From an uncultured Bacilli bacterium (GTDB lineage: Bacteria > Bacillota_I > Bacilli_A > RF39 > UBA660): a stretch of DNA of 64,000 nt. Below are positions 45,079 through 56,607 of this stretch, in pieces (position 1 is the stretch's first letter; each line of letters begins with the position of its first letter). The stretch lies in the NCBI GenBank assembly GCA_934157235.1, contig CAKPHH010000006.1, positions 9,861-73,860 of the forward strand. The letters run 5' to 3'. The translations under genes were made by a program, and so were the position numbers. The notes below the pieces were generated by a model. That model did not search any database. It was not told the DNA's origin and was given only the letters and a program-made list of their open reading frames with translations.

Positions 45079-45847
45079 GTTTGTATATATCTTTTATTAA
45101 GTCTCTAATATCTTTATGATAAATTATTTTGGTACCTTTGTTTTTCCTGGCTAAATAAGTGAGTTTAATAATACTTGGAACAGAAAAACGATGCTTACTT
45201 AAGAAATCCACTCTGGTATAAGCCTCTGTTGTAGGAGCTTCTAGAATGACTTCATTATTCTTTATAAATATCATTTTATTGGTATGTCTATATAACTTAT
45301 CACAGTTATCATCAATGATGACAATAGTTTTATGAAATTGTTCTTTTAATCTTAGAAGAAGTTGCATTAGTCTTTTTTCCTGTTGAAGATCGATATAAGT
45401 GAAAGAATTAACGAAGATTAAAATATTGGGATTTGATAATAGGGCAATAGCAACTTGAACTAGAAATTTTTCTGAAGAAGAAAGTGTTATTAACTCTCTA
45501 TTTAGATAGGTTGTCTCTAGACCTACTATTCTTAAGGAATCTTCCTTCTTTTTAGATGGATTTTTGATGTTTAGTAAATCTTTCTTGATGATATAATTCA
45601 TGTAATCTTCAATTGTTCTTAGAAATGGTAATTGATTTAATTCGGAGATTACACTTATTTCTCTTTTTATTTTTTCTTTTTCTTCAGCTGTTTGTTTAAT
45701 ATTATTTATGTATAGTTCTACTTTATCTGAATTTTCTAAGGATAATACTTCTATGGTTTCATCTTTGTTTGTTGTTGCGATGCCAGTTATTTTGGTGTTA
45801 TCTAGGGAGAAGTTTAATTTTTCAGTTACTTCATATTTTATTTCCAT
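45071..45847 (-). CDS. degenerate ABC-ATPase-like protein at the ecfA2 position (Walker A/B not conserved)
   Basis: LSSSEKFLVQVAIALLSNPNILIF resembles the ABC signature and Q-loop region. There is no GxxGxGKS/T P-loop and no DE in Walker B. Confidence 0.5.
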   Translation of the reverse strand: MEIKYEVTEKLNFSLDNTKITGIATTNKDETIEVLSLENSDKVELYINNIKQTAEEKEKIKREISVISELNQLPFLRTIEDYMNYIIKKDLLNIKNPSKKKEDSLRIVGLETTYLNRELITLSSSEKFLVQVAIALLSNPNILIFVNSFTYIDLQQEKRLMQLLLRLKEQFHKTIVIIDDNCDKLYRHTNKMIFIKNNEVILEAPTTEAYTRVDFLSKHRFSVPSIIKLTYLARKNKGTKIIYHKDIRDLIKDIYKHV

Positions 45848-46641
45848 AAGATATTCACCATCCTATCCATGTCTGTTTCTATGGTTGTTAGGAGTTCGTA
45901 GTCTCTTAGTTTTACGGATAAGTCTATCATAAAAGGTAATTCTAGGCCTACTTTATTGATTATATTATCATTTTCTAGGACTTCAAGTGGTTTTCCTTCT
46001 AAGATAATTTGGCTATCTTTTATTACATATAGGTAGTCTCCATATAAACTATCATCTAAGTTTGAACAGGTCATAATGATAGATATTTTGTTTTCTTCAC
46101 GATAAGTGTTAAGATAAGTCATTATTTCTGTTTTTTCAGAAGGTGTTAACTTGGCTAAAATATTATCTAGGAGTAATAATTCTGGTCTTTGAATAAGGTC
46201 AAGACATAAAGCTAATTTTAACCTATGAAAATAGTCTAGTGAGTTAGGATTACTCTTTTGATATTTAGTTAACTTACTTTGTTTTAAAGTTTCTTTAATA
46301 GCTGTTTTCTTAATGTTTGAAAAGCGTTTATTTAGGGTTGTTGCGACTTCTTGCTCGACAGTTTTGGTAGAAAAGTAATATTCATCGGGAATTATAGTTT
46401 TAACTTTTAGAGCTATATCGGTTATTTGGTAATGTTCTAAGCCTACTGTTCCTAAAAAAATATTATTTTTAGTCTTTATTTGGCCGTCTAAAGTTCTTAT
46501 TAATGTTGTTTTCCCACAATTATTTGGACCTGATACTATTGAAAGTTTATTTTTTGAAAAAGTAATAGAAAATTCCTTAAAGGCGTATGGTAGAGTTAGA
46601 TTATTTATCTCAATTATATTATCATGCATTTTTACCACCAA
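45838..46641 (-). CDS. ABC-ATPase-like protein at the ecfA1 position (Walker A present, signature and Walker B degenerate)
   Basis: SGPNNCGKTTLIRTL P-loop. The LSGGQ signature is replaced by LDYFHRLKLALCLDL, and LLLLDN lacks the catalytic Glu. Confidence 0.55.
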   Translation of the reverse strand: MVVKMHDNIIEINNLTLPYAFKEFSITFSKNKLSIVSGPNNCGKTTLIRTLDGQIKTKNNIFLGTVGLEHYQITDIALKVKTIIPDEYYFSTKTVEQEVATTLNKRFSNIKKTAIKETLKQSKLTKYQKSNPNSLDYFHRLKLALCLDLIQRPELLLLDNILAKLTPSEKTEIMTYLNTYREENKISIIMTCSNLDDSLYGDYLYVIKDSQIILEGKPLEVLENDNIINKVGLELPFMIDLSVKLRDYELLTTIETDMDRMVNILWK

Positions 46642-46685
46642 CTTTGCTTATTTATTATATAATATAAAGAAAGAAAAGCCAATAA

Positions 46686-47438
46686 TTAGTTGACTTTTTT
46701 CTTTTGTATACGATAGGTAATTCTTAATAAGAATTTATCTGATAAGAAACGACTAAAGAATTTTGCACATTTCATTTTGAATCCGGGTATTATTAGCATC
46801 TTTTCTTTCAACATTTGATCAATAGCGTATTTAGCTACATAAGGGCTTGATAATGGTTTTACGCCAAATTTCACACCTGCTACATTATTAAAATTAGTAT
46901 TAACAGGGCCTGGGCAAAGGACTGAAATATGAACATTAGTCTTTTTCTTCTTTTGTTCATAATTGATTGCCTCAGTTAATTGATAGACATAGGACTTAGT
47001 GGCGTAGTATGTTGCCATTAAAGGTCCTGGTTGGAAAGCCGCAGATGAAGCTACGTTTAATATATAACCAGAGTTTCTCTTTTCCATATCTTTTAAAAAT
47101 GATTTAGTTAAGACATGGACAGCTTTTATATTAGTATCAATCATAGATAACTCTTTATTTAGATCTGTTTCGGTGAAATAACCAAAGTCTCCAAAGCCAG
47201 CATTATTTATTAAAATATCAATGTTTTCTTTAGCTGTTAAAACATATAACTCTTTTACTTTTTGAAGGTTTGCTAGATCTGCTACAATGATTGTTACTTT
47301 AGTTGGAAGGGTTTCTTGGAGTTCTTCTAATTTTCCTTTATCACGTCCAACTAAAATTAGCTCATATTTTTTACTGGCTAAATATCTAGCCATATCTCTT
47401 CCAATACCAGATGAAGCTCCAGTTATTAAGGCTTTCAT
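46686..47438 (-). CDS. SDR-family short-chain dehydrogenase/reductase
   Basis: TGASSGIGRDMA Rossmann motif, NNAG, and YxxxK (YYATKSY). Confidence 0.85.
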   Translation of the reverse strand: MKALITGASSGIGRDMARYLASKKYELILVGRDKGKLEELQETLPTKVTIIVADLANLQKVKELYVLTAKENIDILINNAGFGDFGYFTETDLNKELSMIDTNIKAVHVLTKSFLKDMEKRNSGYILNVASSAAFQPGPLMATYYATKSYVYQLTEAINYEQKKKKTNVHISVLCPGPVNTNFNNVAGVKFGVKPLSSPYVAKYAIDQMLKEKMLIIPGFKMKCAKFFSRFLSDKFLLRITYRIQKKKVN

Positions 47439-47487
47439 ACAATCCCTCCTTGATACTTTTCTATATATAATTATACATTACTATTTC

Positions 47488-47516
47488 TTTTTTTTACAGA
47501 AAAAAAAACACTATTT
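47488..47516 (-). terminator. rho-independent terminator after rplQ
   Basis: ACACTA-tttc-TAGTGT hairpin followed by T9 on the minus strand. Confidence 0.55.
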
Positions 47517-47529
47517 CTAGTGTTCTCTA

Positions 47530-47940
47530 TTATTTTTCTTCTTTTGTTGCTTTCTTAGAAGTTTTCTTTTCTTTTTTTTCTTCGCTTGGTTTAGCTTCAT
47601 CAACTAATTTTAAAATAACCATTAACGCATCATCTCCGCGTCTTTCAGTTAGTTTTAAGATTTGAGTGTATCCACCATTACGATTTTCATAGCGTTTTGC
47701 TAAGTCATTGAATATTTTATCAATAACAGCTTTATCGTTGTGTAAGAATGCTAAAGCTTTACGACGAGAAACTAAGTCACCTTTCTTACCATACGTAATC
47801 ATTTTTTCAACGAATTTACGTACTTCTTTGGCTCTAGTTTCAGTAGTAGTGATACTTTCGTTTAATACTACTTGCTTAGTCATAGTAGCTAACATACTTC
47901 TTCTATGTTTGTTATCTCTTCCTAATTTTCTATATGCCAT
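47530..47940 (-). CDS. rplQ: 50S ribosomal protein L17
   Basis: 136 aa starting [18 protein letters not shown]. Confidence 0.9.
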   Translation of the reverse strand: MAYRKLGRDNKHRRSMLATMTKQVVLNESITTTETRAKEVRKFVEKMITYGKKGDLVSRRKALAFLHNDKAVIDKIFNDLAKRYENRNGGYTQILKLTERRGDDALMVILKLVDEAKPSEEKKEKKTSKKATKEEK

Positions 47941-47960
47941 AGTTAAATCCTCCTTACTTA

Positions 47961-48911
47961 TTAATCATCATCACGTAATACTAGACCCATATCTCTAATT
48001 TTGTCTAATACTTCTTTTAAAGATTTCTTACCTAAATTACGTATTTTCATCATATCAGATTCACTTTTGTTAACAAGGTCTTGTAAAGTATGAATTCCAG
48101 CTCTCTTTAAGCAGTTATATGCTCTTACAGAGAAGTCTAAATCTTCAATTGATGTTTCTAATGCTTTTACTTTTGGATCTTCTGTTTTTTCAATCATCAT
48201 TCCACTTACGTCAGCAATTGCTGAAAGGTCTGTTAAAATAGTGAAATGTTCAATTAAAATACGTGAAGCTAAAGCAATTGCTTCTTCTGGTTTTATTGAA
48301 CCATTTGTCCAAACATCTAGGATTAATTTATCATAACTTTCATCTTGTCCAACACGAGCGCTTCCTACTTCGTAAGAAACTCTTTCGATAGGAGAATATA
48401 ATGAGTCAATAGCGATAACTCCAGCTTTTTTGATATCATATAATTTCTTGTTTACTTCACTCTTAACATAACCACGACCATTTGTAACAGTCATTTCCAT
48501 GTTTAGTGAACCACCTTTTGATAAAGTAGCAATTACTTTATCTTGATTGATTACTTCGATATCAGCATCGTGCTCAATATCAGCAGCAGTTACTTCTCCT
48601 TCTTTTGTAGCATGTATACGAACTACTTTTGGTTCATTTGAATGATTTTTGAATACTACACCTTTTAAGTTTAAGATAATAGTAGTTACATCTTCATAGA
48701 CACCATCAATTGTTTGGAATTCATGTAAAACTCCATCTATCTTGATACTACTAATAGCGCTTCCTGGTAATGATGATAACATTACTCTTCTTAAAGCATT
48801 ACCAATTGTTGTACCAAAACCTCTTTCTAATGGTTCTAATTCAAATCTTCCGTAAAAATTACTCTCTATAGAATCTGTTATTTTATATATTGGTTTTTCA
48901 AATTGTAACAT
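47961..48911 (-). CDS. rpoA: DNA-directed RNA polymerase alpha subunit
   Basis: 316 aa starting MLQFEKP...[20 protein letters not shown]. Confidence 0.9.
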   Translation of the reverse strand: MLQFEKPIYKITDSIESNFYGRFELEPLERGFGTTIGNALRRVMLSSLPGSAISSIKIDGVLHEFQTIDGVYEDVTTIILNLKGVVFKNHSNEPKVVRIHATKEGEVTAADIEHDADIEVINQDKVIATLSKGGSLNMEMTVTNGRGYVKSEVNKKLYDIKKAGVIAIDSLYSPIERVSYEVGSARVGQDESYDKLILDVWTNGSIKPEEAIALASRILIEHFTILTDLSAIADVSGMMIEKTEDPKVKALETSIEDLDFSVRAYNCLKRAGIHTLQDLVNKSESDMMKIRNLGKKSLKEVLDKIRDMGLVLRDDD

Positions 48912-48953
48912 GAAACTAACCTCCTCTTTTTTGCCACTATTTAATCTCTTTTA

Positions 48954-49337
48954 CTATCCACGTGGACGTTTTGGTGGACGGCATCCATTATGTGGAATTG
49001 GTGTAACATCAGCGATTGCTGTTACTTCCAATCCTGCAGTTTGTAATGAACGAATTGCTGTTTCACGTCCTGGTCCTAAACCTTTAACGCGAACTTCAAC
49101 CTTACGCATTCCCATGTCGTAAGCAGCTTTTCCTGCAGCTTCTGCAGCCATTCCTGCAGCGAATGGAGTTGATTTTTTACTTCCTTTAAAACCAATAGCA
49201 CCAGATGATGCCCAACTAATTACATTACCATCTTTATCAGTTAGTGTTGTAATTGTATTGTTAAAAGTTGAGTGAATATGTGCTATTCCTTCTGGAACAT
49301 TCTTTTTAACTTTTTTCTTTCTAGTTTTATAAGCCAT
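48954..49337 (-). CDS. rpsK: 30S ribosomal protein S11
   Basis: 127 aa, conserved S11 sequence. Confidence 0.9.
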   Translation of the reverse strand: MAYKTRKKKVKKNVPEGIAHIHSTFNNTITTLTDKDGNVISWASSGAIGFKGSKKSTPFAAGMAAEAAGKAAYDMGMRKVEVRVKGLGPGRETAIRSLQTAGLEVTAIADVTPIPHNGCRPPKRPRG

Positions 49338-49373
49338 AAGTCTTACCTCCTTTTTTTATTTTTACCCTTTTAA

Positions 49374-49742
49374 CTAAACTTTCTTCTTATTTGCAACAAC
49401 TTTTCCTTTACCCTTACGAGTACGAGCGTTACGATTAGTTCTTTGTCCTCTTACAGGTAATCCTTTTTTATGACGGCTTCCTTGGTAAGAATTTATTTCC
49501 ATCTTAGTTTTAATATTCATGCTAACTTCACGACGTAAGTCTCCTTCAGTTAGATGCTTATTGATTTCATCACGGATTTTAACTAAATCTTCTTGAGATA
49601 AATCCTTTGTTTTTGTTGCTGGATCAATATTTACTTCTTTAAGAATTTGTTTTGCTAGATTTCTTCCGATACCATAAATGTAAGTTAATGATATACAAAT
49701 ATGCTTATCGTTTGGAATATCTACACCCTTAATACGTGCCAT
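49374..49742 (-). CDS. rpsM: 30S ribosomal protein S13
   Basis: 122 aa starting [10 protein letters not shown]. Confidence 0.9.
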   Translation of the reverse strand: MARIKGVDIPNDKHICISLTYIYGIGRNLAKQILKEVNIDPATKTKDLSQEDLVKIRDEINKHLTEGDLRREVSMNIKTKMEINSYQGSRHKKGLPVRGQRTNRNARTRKGKGKVVANKKKV

Positions 49743-49761
49743 TTAATACACCTCCTATTAT

Positions 49762-49875
49762 TATCCTTGAACTTGTTTGTGCTTTGGATTTTCACAAATA
49801 ATTCTTATTTTACCTTTGCGTTTTACAACTTTACATTTTTCGCAAATTGGTTTTACTGATGCTTTTACTTTCATA
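49762..49875 (-). CDS. rpmJ: 50S ribosomal protein L36
   Basis: Own translation [37 protein letters not shown] (37 aa). It is below the ORF-track length cutoff. Confidence 0.85.
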
Positions 49876-49887
49876 ATATCCCTCCTA

Positions 49888-50103
49888 TTATTTACGATAG
49901 GTAATACGCCCACGTGTTAGGTCATAAGGCGATAGTTCTATCATTACGGTATCTCCTGCTAAGATACGAATATAGTTCATTCGTATTTTACCAGAAACGT
50001 GGGCTTCCACAATGTGTCCATTTTCTAGTTGAACTTTGAATTTCCCTCCTGGGATAATTTCAAGAACTTTACCCTCTATTTCAATTGTATCTTCCTTAGC
50101 CAT
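49888..50103 (-). CDS. infA: translation initiation factor IF-1
   Basis: 71 aa starting [13 protein letters not shown]. Confidence 0.9.
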   Translation of the reverse strand: MAKEDTIEIEGKVLEIIPGGKFKVQLENGHIVEAHVSGKIRMNYIRILAGDTVMIELSPYDLTRGRITYRK

Positions 50104-50107
50104 CTTT

Positions 50108-50854
50108 TCACTCTCCTGTCAATATTTTATATCCATCGGCAGTAACAACTACTGTATGTTCAAAGTGGGCTGATGGACTTCCGTCTTGTGTATCTATTGT
50201 CCAATCATTATCATGAACAAAGATTCTAGGGCTTCCTAATGTTAGCATTGGTTCTACTGCAATAACCATTCCTTCTTTTAGTCTTGGTCCAGTATTTGGT
50301 GTTCCATAATTTGGAACTTCTGGATCTTCATGAACTGAAGTTCCAACACCATGTCCACATAATTCTCTAACAACACCTAATTTGTGTTCTTTGGCATATG
50401 TTTCAATGGCATGTCCTATATCACCAATTCTATTTCCTGGCTTTACTTGTTCTAATCCGACAAATAAAGATTTCTCAGTATGTTCTAATAAATAGTCTAT
50501 TTCTTTTGAAACATTCCCAACTTTATAGGTCCATGCAGAATCACCATGATAACCTTTGTAGCATGCTCCGATATCTAAAGATATTATATCTCCGTTTTTC
50601 AGAGCATATTCACTTGGAAAACCATGTACTACTTCTGAATTAACACTTATACATAAAGCGGTTGGAAACCCTTCATATCCTTTAAAAGAAGGTGTTGCAC
50701 CTTGGCTTCTAATAAAAGCCTCAGCTAATCTATCTAATTCTTTTGTTTTAATTCCTTCTTTTATATATGGTTTTATGTATTGGTGTGTCCTATAGACAAT
50801 GTTACCAGCTACTTGGAGTAGTTCTATTTCACGTTTACTTTTAATTGTAATCAT
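50108..50854 (-). CDS. map: methionine aminopeptidase type I
   Basis: 248 aa, conserved MetAP metal-binding residues. Confidence 0.9.
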   Translation of the reverse strand: MITIKSKREIELLQVAGNIVYRTHQYIKPYIKEGIKTKELDRLAEAFIRSQGATPSFKGYEGFPTALCISVNSEVVHGFPSEYALKNGDIISLDIGACYKGYHGDSAWTYKVGNVSKEIDYLLEHTEKSLFVGLEQVKPGNRIGDIGHAIETYAKEHKLGVVRELCGHGVGTSVHEDPEVPNYGTPNTGPRLKEGMVIAVEPMLTLGSPRIFVHDNDWTIDTQDGSPSAHFEHTVVVTADGYKILTGE

Positions 50855-50867
50855 TTAATCATCTCCA

Positions 50868-51524
50868 TTAATTATTGCTAATAATTTTGTCTATACTCTT
50901 GAATACATTTTCAACAGTGTCTTCACCATTGACTTCATATAATACACCTTGTTTTTTATAATGCTCAATAATTGGTTCTGTTTTTTCTTGATACATTTTG
51001 TATCGAGTTTGGAAAGCTTCTAAATTATCATCATTACGTTGATATAACTTTCCGCCACAATTATCACAAACAGATTCTATTTGTGGAGCACTATTAGGTT
51101 CGTTTATGTTGAAGATTGTTTTACAGTCTTCACATACTCTTCTACCTGTTATTCTTTTTTCTAATGTTTTTTCATTGATGTTTATATAAATTACATTACC
51201 TATTTGATAACCTAGATTGGCAAGTATTTTATCGTACTCAACTGCTTGGTCTAAGTTTCTTGGAAAACCATCAATTATAAATCCATTTTTGCAATCGTCT
51301 TTTGCTAATCTATCTTCAATTAATTGATAAGTAATTTCATCTTTTACTAATTTTCCAGCTGCTAGTGTTTCAAATACATAGTGTCCTAATTCACTATCTT
51401 CTTTAGCAATTTCTCTTAAGATATCGCCTGTTGAGATATGAGGAATATGATATTTTTCAACTACTAGTTCAGCTTGAGTCCCTTTTCCTGCAGCAGGTGG
51501 GGCTATAAACATTATATTTTTCAT
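50868..51524 (-). CDS. adk: adenylate kinase (with Zn-finger lid, Gram-positive type)
   Basis: P-loop APPAAGKGTQ. LID domain CEDCK...CDNCGG. Confidence 0.9.
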   Translation of the reverse strand: MKNIMFIAPPAAGKGTQAELVVEKYHIPHISTGDILREIAKEDSELGHYVFETLAAGKLVKDEITYQLIEDRLAKDDCKNGFIIDGFPRNLDQAVEYDKILANLGYQIGNVIYININEKTLEKRITGRRVCEDCKTIFNINEPNSAPQIESVCDNCGGKLYQRNDDNLEAFQTRYKMYQEKTEPIIEHYKKQGVLYEVNGEDTVENVFKSIDKIISNN

Positions 51525-51528
51525 TACT

Positions 51529-52803
51529 TTACCTTCTACTATATCCTCTTTTATAGCTTCTACTTAATAAACTTCCTTCTAATTGTTTATACGTTTCTAG
51601 AGCAACACCGACAACGATTAATAATCCTGTACCACCAATTGTTACTGATGTTGGTAGGCTTGTAAACTTAGAGAAAATTATTGGTAAGCCTGAGATAACT
51701 ACTAAGAATGAAGCACCTAATACTGTTAATCTTGATAACACTTTATCAAGATATTTCTTTGTTTCTTCACCAGGTCTAATTCCAGGTATATAGCCACCGT
51801 TTTCTTGTAAGTTCTTAGCAAATTCTTCCGGTTTCATTTGAATGAATGTATAGAAATATGCAAAAAAGAAAATTAATACTATATATATTAGGAATCCTAC
51901 TGGAGTTGTATAGTTTAAATACTTTTGTACAAAGACAGCAAATGATTCATTTTTAATTACTTGTGCAATTATACTTGGTATTGATAATAAACTGGAAGCA
52001 AAGATTACTGGAATAACGTTTGCTGAGTTTAGTTTAATTGGCATAAAGCTTTGTGCGGCACTACCAAATGCTGATGTTGATTTGTTTGCATATTGAATTG
52101 GAATTCTACGTTCAGATTCTTGAATGAAGATAACTCCAATAACGATTGCAAAATAGATAATTACAAAAATTAGGAATTTAATTATACCTAAAGTAATTAC
52201 TTGAGTTGTTCCTTCAAAAGTAATTAAACTCTTGAAAGCATCAATAAACATTTGTGGAAGTGTTGCGATAATACCAGCCATGATTATTAAACTCATTCCA
52301 TTGCCAATACCTTTTTGAGTAATTTGATCGCCTAACCATAATAGAAAGGCAGTTCCGGCAGTTAGAACAGTTGAAATATACATATATTCCATTGGAGTAC
52401 CTGTTTTACCAATGAAGGCAAATGCAAAGGCATAACCTTCGATAAAGGCAAATACAATACCCATATATCTTGTTATTTGATTTATTTTTTGTCTACCTGT
52501 TGGACCTTGTTTACTCAATTCTGAAAAATAAGGAATAATGTCCATTTGTAATAATTGCATAATAATTGAAGCAGTAATGTATGGCATTACACCTAGGGCG
52601 AATATTGAGAAGTTCTTCAAAGCTCCTCCACCCATTGTATTAATTAACTCTAAAAATCCTAAATTACTTGTAAGATCTTTAGTTCCAGGAACTCTGATTG
52701 ATATTCCTAATATGAATATTATTAAGGCTCCTAGAGTGAAGTAAATTCTATGTCTTAAATCTTTATTTGTCGCTGTGAATAATTGCTTCATAGACTTAAA
52801 CAT
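51529..52803 (-). CDS. secY: preprotein translocase subunit SecY
   Basis: 424 aa, 10 TM helices, conserved SecY sequence. Confidence 0.9.
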   Translation of the reverse strand: MFKSMKQLFTATNKDLRHRIYFTLGALIIFILGISIRVPGTKDLTSNLGFLELINTMGGGALKNFSIFALGVMPYITASIIMQLLQMDIIPYFSELSKQGPTGRQKINQITRYMGIVFAFIEGYAFAFAFIGKTGTPMEYMYISTVLTAGTAFLLWLGDQITQKGIGNGMSLIIMAGIIATLPQMFIDAFKSLITFEGTTQVITLGIIKFLIFVIIYFAIVIGVIFIQESERRIPIQYANKSTSAFGSAAQSFMPIKLNSANVIPVIFASSLLSIPSIIAQVIKNESFAVFVQKYLNYTTPVGFLIYIVLIFFFAYFYTFIQMKPEEFAKNLQENGGYIPGIRPGEETKKYLDKVLSRLTVLGASFLVVISGLPIIFSKFTSLPTSVTIGGTGLLIVVGVALETYKQLEGSLLSRSYKRGYSRR

Positions 52804-52804
52804 A

Positions 52805-53248
52805 TTAGATCACCTCAGCTTTGCTACCTGACTCTTTAATCTTTTCTAATGCACTTGCTGAGAATTTATTAGCTTGGATTGTAAGTTTCTTTTCTAATGT
52901 TCCATTACCTAAAACTTTTACTCCATCTAATTGATTTTTGATTATTCCAGTTTCTTTTAATAAAGCTGGTGTAACAACTGTTCCTTCATCAAATCTATTT
53001 AGATTATCTAAATTGATTACAGCGTATCTTGTTCTAAAGTTATAATTTTTGAATCCTCTTTTTGGAATTCTTCTAAACAATGGTAATTGTCCACCCTCGA
53101 AAACTGGATTGATACTACCACCAGAACGTGCTTTTTGTCCTTTTTGACCCTTTCCTGAAGTTTTTCCTAAACCAGAACCTGATCCACGTCCAACACGTTT
53201 TTTTGCATGAGTAGCACCGATATTTTTTTCTAATTCATGTAATTTCAT
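52805..53248 (-). CDS. rplO: 50S ribosomal protein L15
   Basis: 147 aa. Confidence 0.9.
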   Translation of the reverse strand: MKLHELEKNIGATHAKKRVGRGSGSGLGKTSGKGQKGQKARSGGSINPVFEGGQLPLFRRIPKRGFKNYNFRTRYAVINLDNLNRFDEGTVVTPALLKETGIIKNQLDGVKVLGNGTLEKKLTIQANKFSASALEKIKESGSKAEVI

Positions 53249-53757
53249 TATCCTAATATCTCCTCTACTGTCTTGCCACGAAGCTCTGCTACTTGCTCTG
53301 GAGTCTTAATTGACTTTAAAGCATTTAGGGCAGCTGTAGCCATATTTAATTTAGTTCTTGCTCCTAATGATTTAGAAACAACATCACGAATTCCTGCTAA
53401 ATCTAAGATAGCACGAACAGATCCACCAGCAATGATACCAGTACCAGCAGCAGCAGGTTTAATTATAACTCTAGCAGCTCCAGCAGTTCCGATTGCTTCA
53501 TGTGCAACTGTTCTTCCATCAATTAGAGGTATTGTGATTAAATTTTTATTAGCATCTTGAATTGCTTTTTTGATTGCATCAGGTACTTCGTTAGCTTTTC
53601 CGATTCCTAAACCAACTTTACCTTTACGATCTCCGACAACTACGATAGCAGAATATCTTCTTTGACGTCCACCTTTGTTAACTTTAACAACGCTTTTAAC
53701 ATCAATTACTAATTCTTCTAAAAGTTTGTCTTTAGTCTCACGAGATTTCTTTTGCAT
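53248..53757 (-). CDS. rpsE: 30S ribosomal protein S5
   Basis: 169 aa. Directly abuts rplO with no L30 gene between them. Confidence 0.9.
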   Translation of the reverse strand: MQKKSRETKDKLLEELVIDVKSVVKVNKGGRQRRYSAIVVVGDRKGKVGLGIGKANEVPDAIKKAIQDANKNLITIPLIDGRTVAHEAIGTAGAARVIIKPAAAGTGIIAGGSVRAILDLAGIRDVVSKSLGARTKLNMATAALNALKSIKTPEQVAELRGKTVEEILG

Positions 53758-53769
53758 AATACCCTCCTA

Positions 53770-54132
53770 TTAGAATTCTAATCCATTTTCACGTGCTGCT
53801 TCAGCTAAAGCTTGTACACGTCCGTGATAAAGGTATCCACCTCTATCAAATACTACTTTTGTAATTTTTGCTTGTTTTGCTTTTTCAGCAATTGCTTTTC
53901 CAACAACCTTTGCTGCTTCTACATTACTTCCGTTTTCAATCTTTAAATCTTTATCTAATGAGGAAGCAGATACTAGAGTAGTATTAGCTGTATCATCGAT
54001 TATTTGTGCATAAATGTCTTTGTTTGAACGGAATACACATAATCTAGGTACTGCACTTGTTCCCATAAGTGTTTTACGAATTCTTTCATGACGATTAATA
54101 CGCATACTATTACGAGATTCTTTTTTTATCAT
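53770..54132 (-). CDS. rplR: 50S ribosomal protein L18
   Basis: 120 aa. Confidence 0.9.
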   Translation of the reverse strand: MIKKESRNSMRINRHERIRKTLMGTSAVPRLCVFRSNKDIYAQIIDDTANTTLVSASSLDKDLKIENGSNVEAAKVVGKAIAEKAKQAKITKVVFDRGGYLYHGRVQALAEAARENGLEF

Positions 54133-54154
54133 TTTTATTTCTCCTTCCTACCTA

Positions 54155-54685
54155 TTAAGCAGCTTTCTTTCCTTCTTTACGACGAATATGTTCATCTTTG
54201 TAACGAATACCTTTACCTTTATATGGTTCAGGTTGTCTTACTTTTCTAACATTAGCAGCAAATTCACCAACTAATACTTTATCAATACCTTTAATAGCTA
54301 TTTCAGTATTACCATTTGCTTCTACTGTTAATCCAGCTGGAACTTTCATTTCTACTGGATGTGAATATCCAGCACTAATTACTAATTTATCACCTTGAAC
54401 ATTGAAACGGTAACCTACACCAATGATTTCTAATGATTTTGAATATCCATTAGTTACACCAGTAATCATGTTATTGATTAAGGCATTCATTGTACCATGC
54501 ATTGCTTTAGCACTTTCATTTAAACGTTCTAAAATAATTGTGTTACCTTCTTGTTTCATTGTAATATCTTTTAACATTGGTTGTGTTAGAGTACCCTTAG
54601 GTCCTTTTACAGTGACAACATTATCGATATTTTCAACAGTAACTCCCTCTGGAACTGTAATTATACGATTTCCAATACGGCTCAT
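54155..54685 (-). CDS. rplF: 50S ribosomal protein L6
   Basis: 176 aa. Confidence 0.9.
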   Translation of the reverse strand: MSRIGNRIITVPEGVTVENIDNVVTVKGPKGTLTQPMLKDITMKQEGNTIILERLNESAKAMHGTMNALINNMITGVTNGYSKSLEIIGVGYRFNVQGDKLVISAGYSHPVEMKVPAGLTVEANGNTEIAIKGIDKVLVGEFAANVRKVRQPEPYKGKGIRYKDEHIRRKEGKKAA

Positions 54686-54712
54686 ATTGACACCTCCTTA
54701 TATTTTATTCAA

Positions 54713-55111
54713 TTACCAAATATAAGCTAGAACTTCCCCACCTATATTTTCTTTACGAGCTTGTTTATCAGTCATAATTCCTTTTGATGTAGAAATAATT
54801 GCTATTCCTAAACCATTTAATACTTTAGGTACTTCATCGTTTTTAACGTAAACACGAAGTCCTGGCTTGGAAATTCTTTTTAGCCCAGTGATAACTCTTT
54901 CTTTCTTGTTATATTTTAATGTTAAAACAATTGTTCCTTGAGCATCATCTTTAACTATTTTATAATCTTTAATAAATCCTTCTTCTTTTAAAATCTTAGC
55001 GATTTCTTTCTTTATTGTAGAAGCAGGAACGCTTACTTCTTCATAACGCATTTGGTTAGCATTACGAATACGTGTTAACATATCTGCAATTGTATCTGTT
55101 ACTACTGCCAT
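54713..55111 (-). CDS. rpsH: 30S ribosomal protein S8
   Basis: 132 aa. Confidence 0.9.
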   Translation of the reverse strand: MAVVTDTIADMLTRIRNANQMRYEEVSVPASTIKKEIAKILKEEGFIKDYKIVKDDAQGTIVLTLKYNKKERVITGLKRISKPGLRVYVKNDEVPKVLNGLGIAIISTSKGIMTDKQARKENIGGEVLAYIW

Positions 55112-55130
55112 TTTGACTCCTCCTTTCCAA

Positions 55131-55316
55131 TTACCAACTTGATTTTTTAATTCCTGGTATTTGTCCTTTATAAGCTAATTCACGGAAGCAAATACGGCAG
55201 ATTCCGAACTTGCTTAAAACTGCGTGTGGACGACCACAACGACTACATCTTGTATACTCACGTACTTTGTACTTTTGTGGGCGATTAGCTTTTATAATCA
55301 TACTTTTCTTTGCCAT
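55131..55316 (-). CDS. rpsN: 30S ribosomal protein S14 type Z (zinc-binding)
   Basis: 61 aa from [16 protein letters not shown]... with a CSRCGRP...CRIC zinc ribbon. The track ORF is over-extended at the 5' end. Confidence 0.85.
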   Translation of the reverse strand: MAKKSMIIKANRPQKYKVREYTRCSRCGRPHAVLSKFGICRICFRELAYKGQIPGIKKSSW

Positions 55317-55329
55317 AATATTCCTCCCA

Positions 55330-55869
55330 TTACTTTTTAAAAGGAATTCCAAGTCCATTTAATAAGTCAAATGATTCTTCATTAGATTTAGCTGTTGTTA
55401 CGAATACGATATCCATACCTCTTACTTTAACAACATCATCATAATCTATTTCAGAAAAGATTAATTGTTCTTTAATTCCCATAGTGTAGTTTCCTCTACC
55501 ATCAAAAGCTTTTGCACTAACACCACGGAAGTCTCTTACACGTGGAAGTGAAATTGAAATTAACTTATCCATAAAGTTATACATATTTTCTCCTCTTAGT
55601 GTAACTTTGCAACCAATTGGTTGACCTTCTCTTACTTTAAATCCAGCAATTGACTTTTTAGCTTTTGTAACTACTGGTTTTTGTCCTGATAATTTAGCAA
55701 GGTCTGCTACAGCAGCATCTAATAATTTAGAATTTGATGTTGCATCACCTACTCCAATATTGATAACAATTTTTTCTAACTTTGGAACTTCCATTTTTGA
55801 CTTATAATTATATTTCTCCATTAAACTTGGAACAACTTCATTTAAGTATTTCTCTTTTAGGCGGTTCAT
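55330..55869 (-). CDS. rplE: 50S ribosomal protein L5
   Basis: 179 aa. Confidence 0.9.
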   Translation of the reverse strand: MNRLKEKYLNEVVPSLMEKYNYKSKMEVPKLEKIVINIGVGDATSNSKLLDAAVADLAKLSGQKPVVTKAKKSIAGFKVREGQPIGCKVTLRGENMYNFMDKLISISLPRVRDFRGVSAKAFDGRGNYTMGIKEQLIFSEIDYDDVVKVRGMDIVFVTTAKSNEESFDLLNGLGIPFKK

Positions 55870-55886
55870 AGTTACCCTCCTTCCAA

Positions 55887-56198
55887 TTAATCAAGCTTCT
55901 CGTTTGATTTTTTTGCTATTCTTATTTTTTTACCTGTTTTTGTATCTGTTGTATGTCCTATTCTAGTTCTTTTTTTAGTTTTAGGATCAATTATCATAAC
56001 ATTTGATGCATTGATTGGTGCTTCTATTTCTAAGATTCCACCAGATTCTTGTCCTGTAGGTTTTTGATGTTTTTTAACAACGTGAACACCTTCAACAATA
56101 ACTTTATTTTCAGCTCTTAATGTTTTAATTATTTTTCCTTTTTTACCTTTATCAGAACCAGCGATAACTACAACTTCATCTCCTACTTTAAAGTTCAT
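55887..56198 (-). CDS. rplX: 50S ribosomal protein L24
   Basis: 103 aa. Confidence 0.9.
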   Translation of the reverse strand: MNFKVGDEVVVIAGSDKGKKGKIIKTLRAENKVIVEGVHVVKKHQKPTGQESGGILEIEAPINASNVMIIDPKTKKRTRIGHTTDTKTGKKIRIAKKSNEKLD

Positions 56199-56211
56199 AT
56201 TTATCCTCCTC

Positions 56212-56580
56212 TTATAGTACTTCTTTTGCTAAAGATACGATTTTCATGTAATCTTTATCACGAAGTTCTCTTGCTACTGGTCCAAAAATACGAGTACCTA
56301 CTGGACTCTTGTCATCACGAATGATAACACAAGCATTGTCATCGAACTTAATATAACTTCCATCTTCACGACGAACGCCTTGACGACTACGAACGATAAC
56401 TGCTTTTACAACTTTTCCTTTTGGAATTGGTGAATTTGGAATGGCATTTTTTACTGTTCCAACTACTACATCACCAATGTTACCTGTTTTAACTTTACTT
56501 CCACCTAGAACACGAATTACTAATAATTCACGAGCTCCAGAGTTGTCAGCAACCTTCATACGGCTTTCTTGTTGTAACAT
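56212..56580 (-). CDS. rplN: 50S ribosomal protein L14
   Basis: 122 aa. Confidence 0.9.
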   Translation of the reverse strand: MLQQESRMKVADNSGARELLVIRVLGGSKVKTGNIGDVVVGTVKNAIPNSPIPKGKVVKAVIVRSRQGVRREDGSYIKFDDNACVIIRDDKSPVGTRIFGPVARELRDKDYMKIVSLAKEVL

Positions 56581-56607
56581 AGATTATTCCTCCTTCTCAT
56601 CTAAGCG

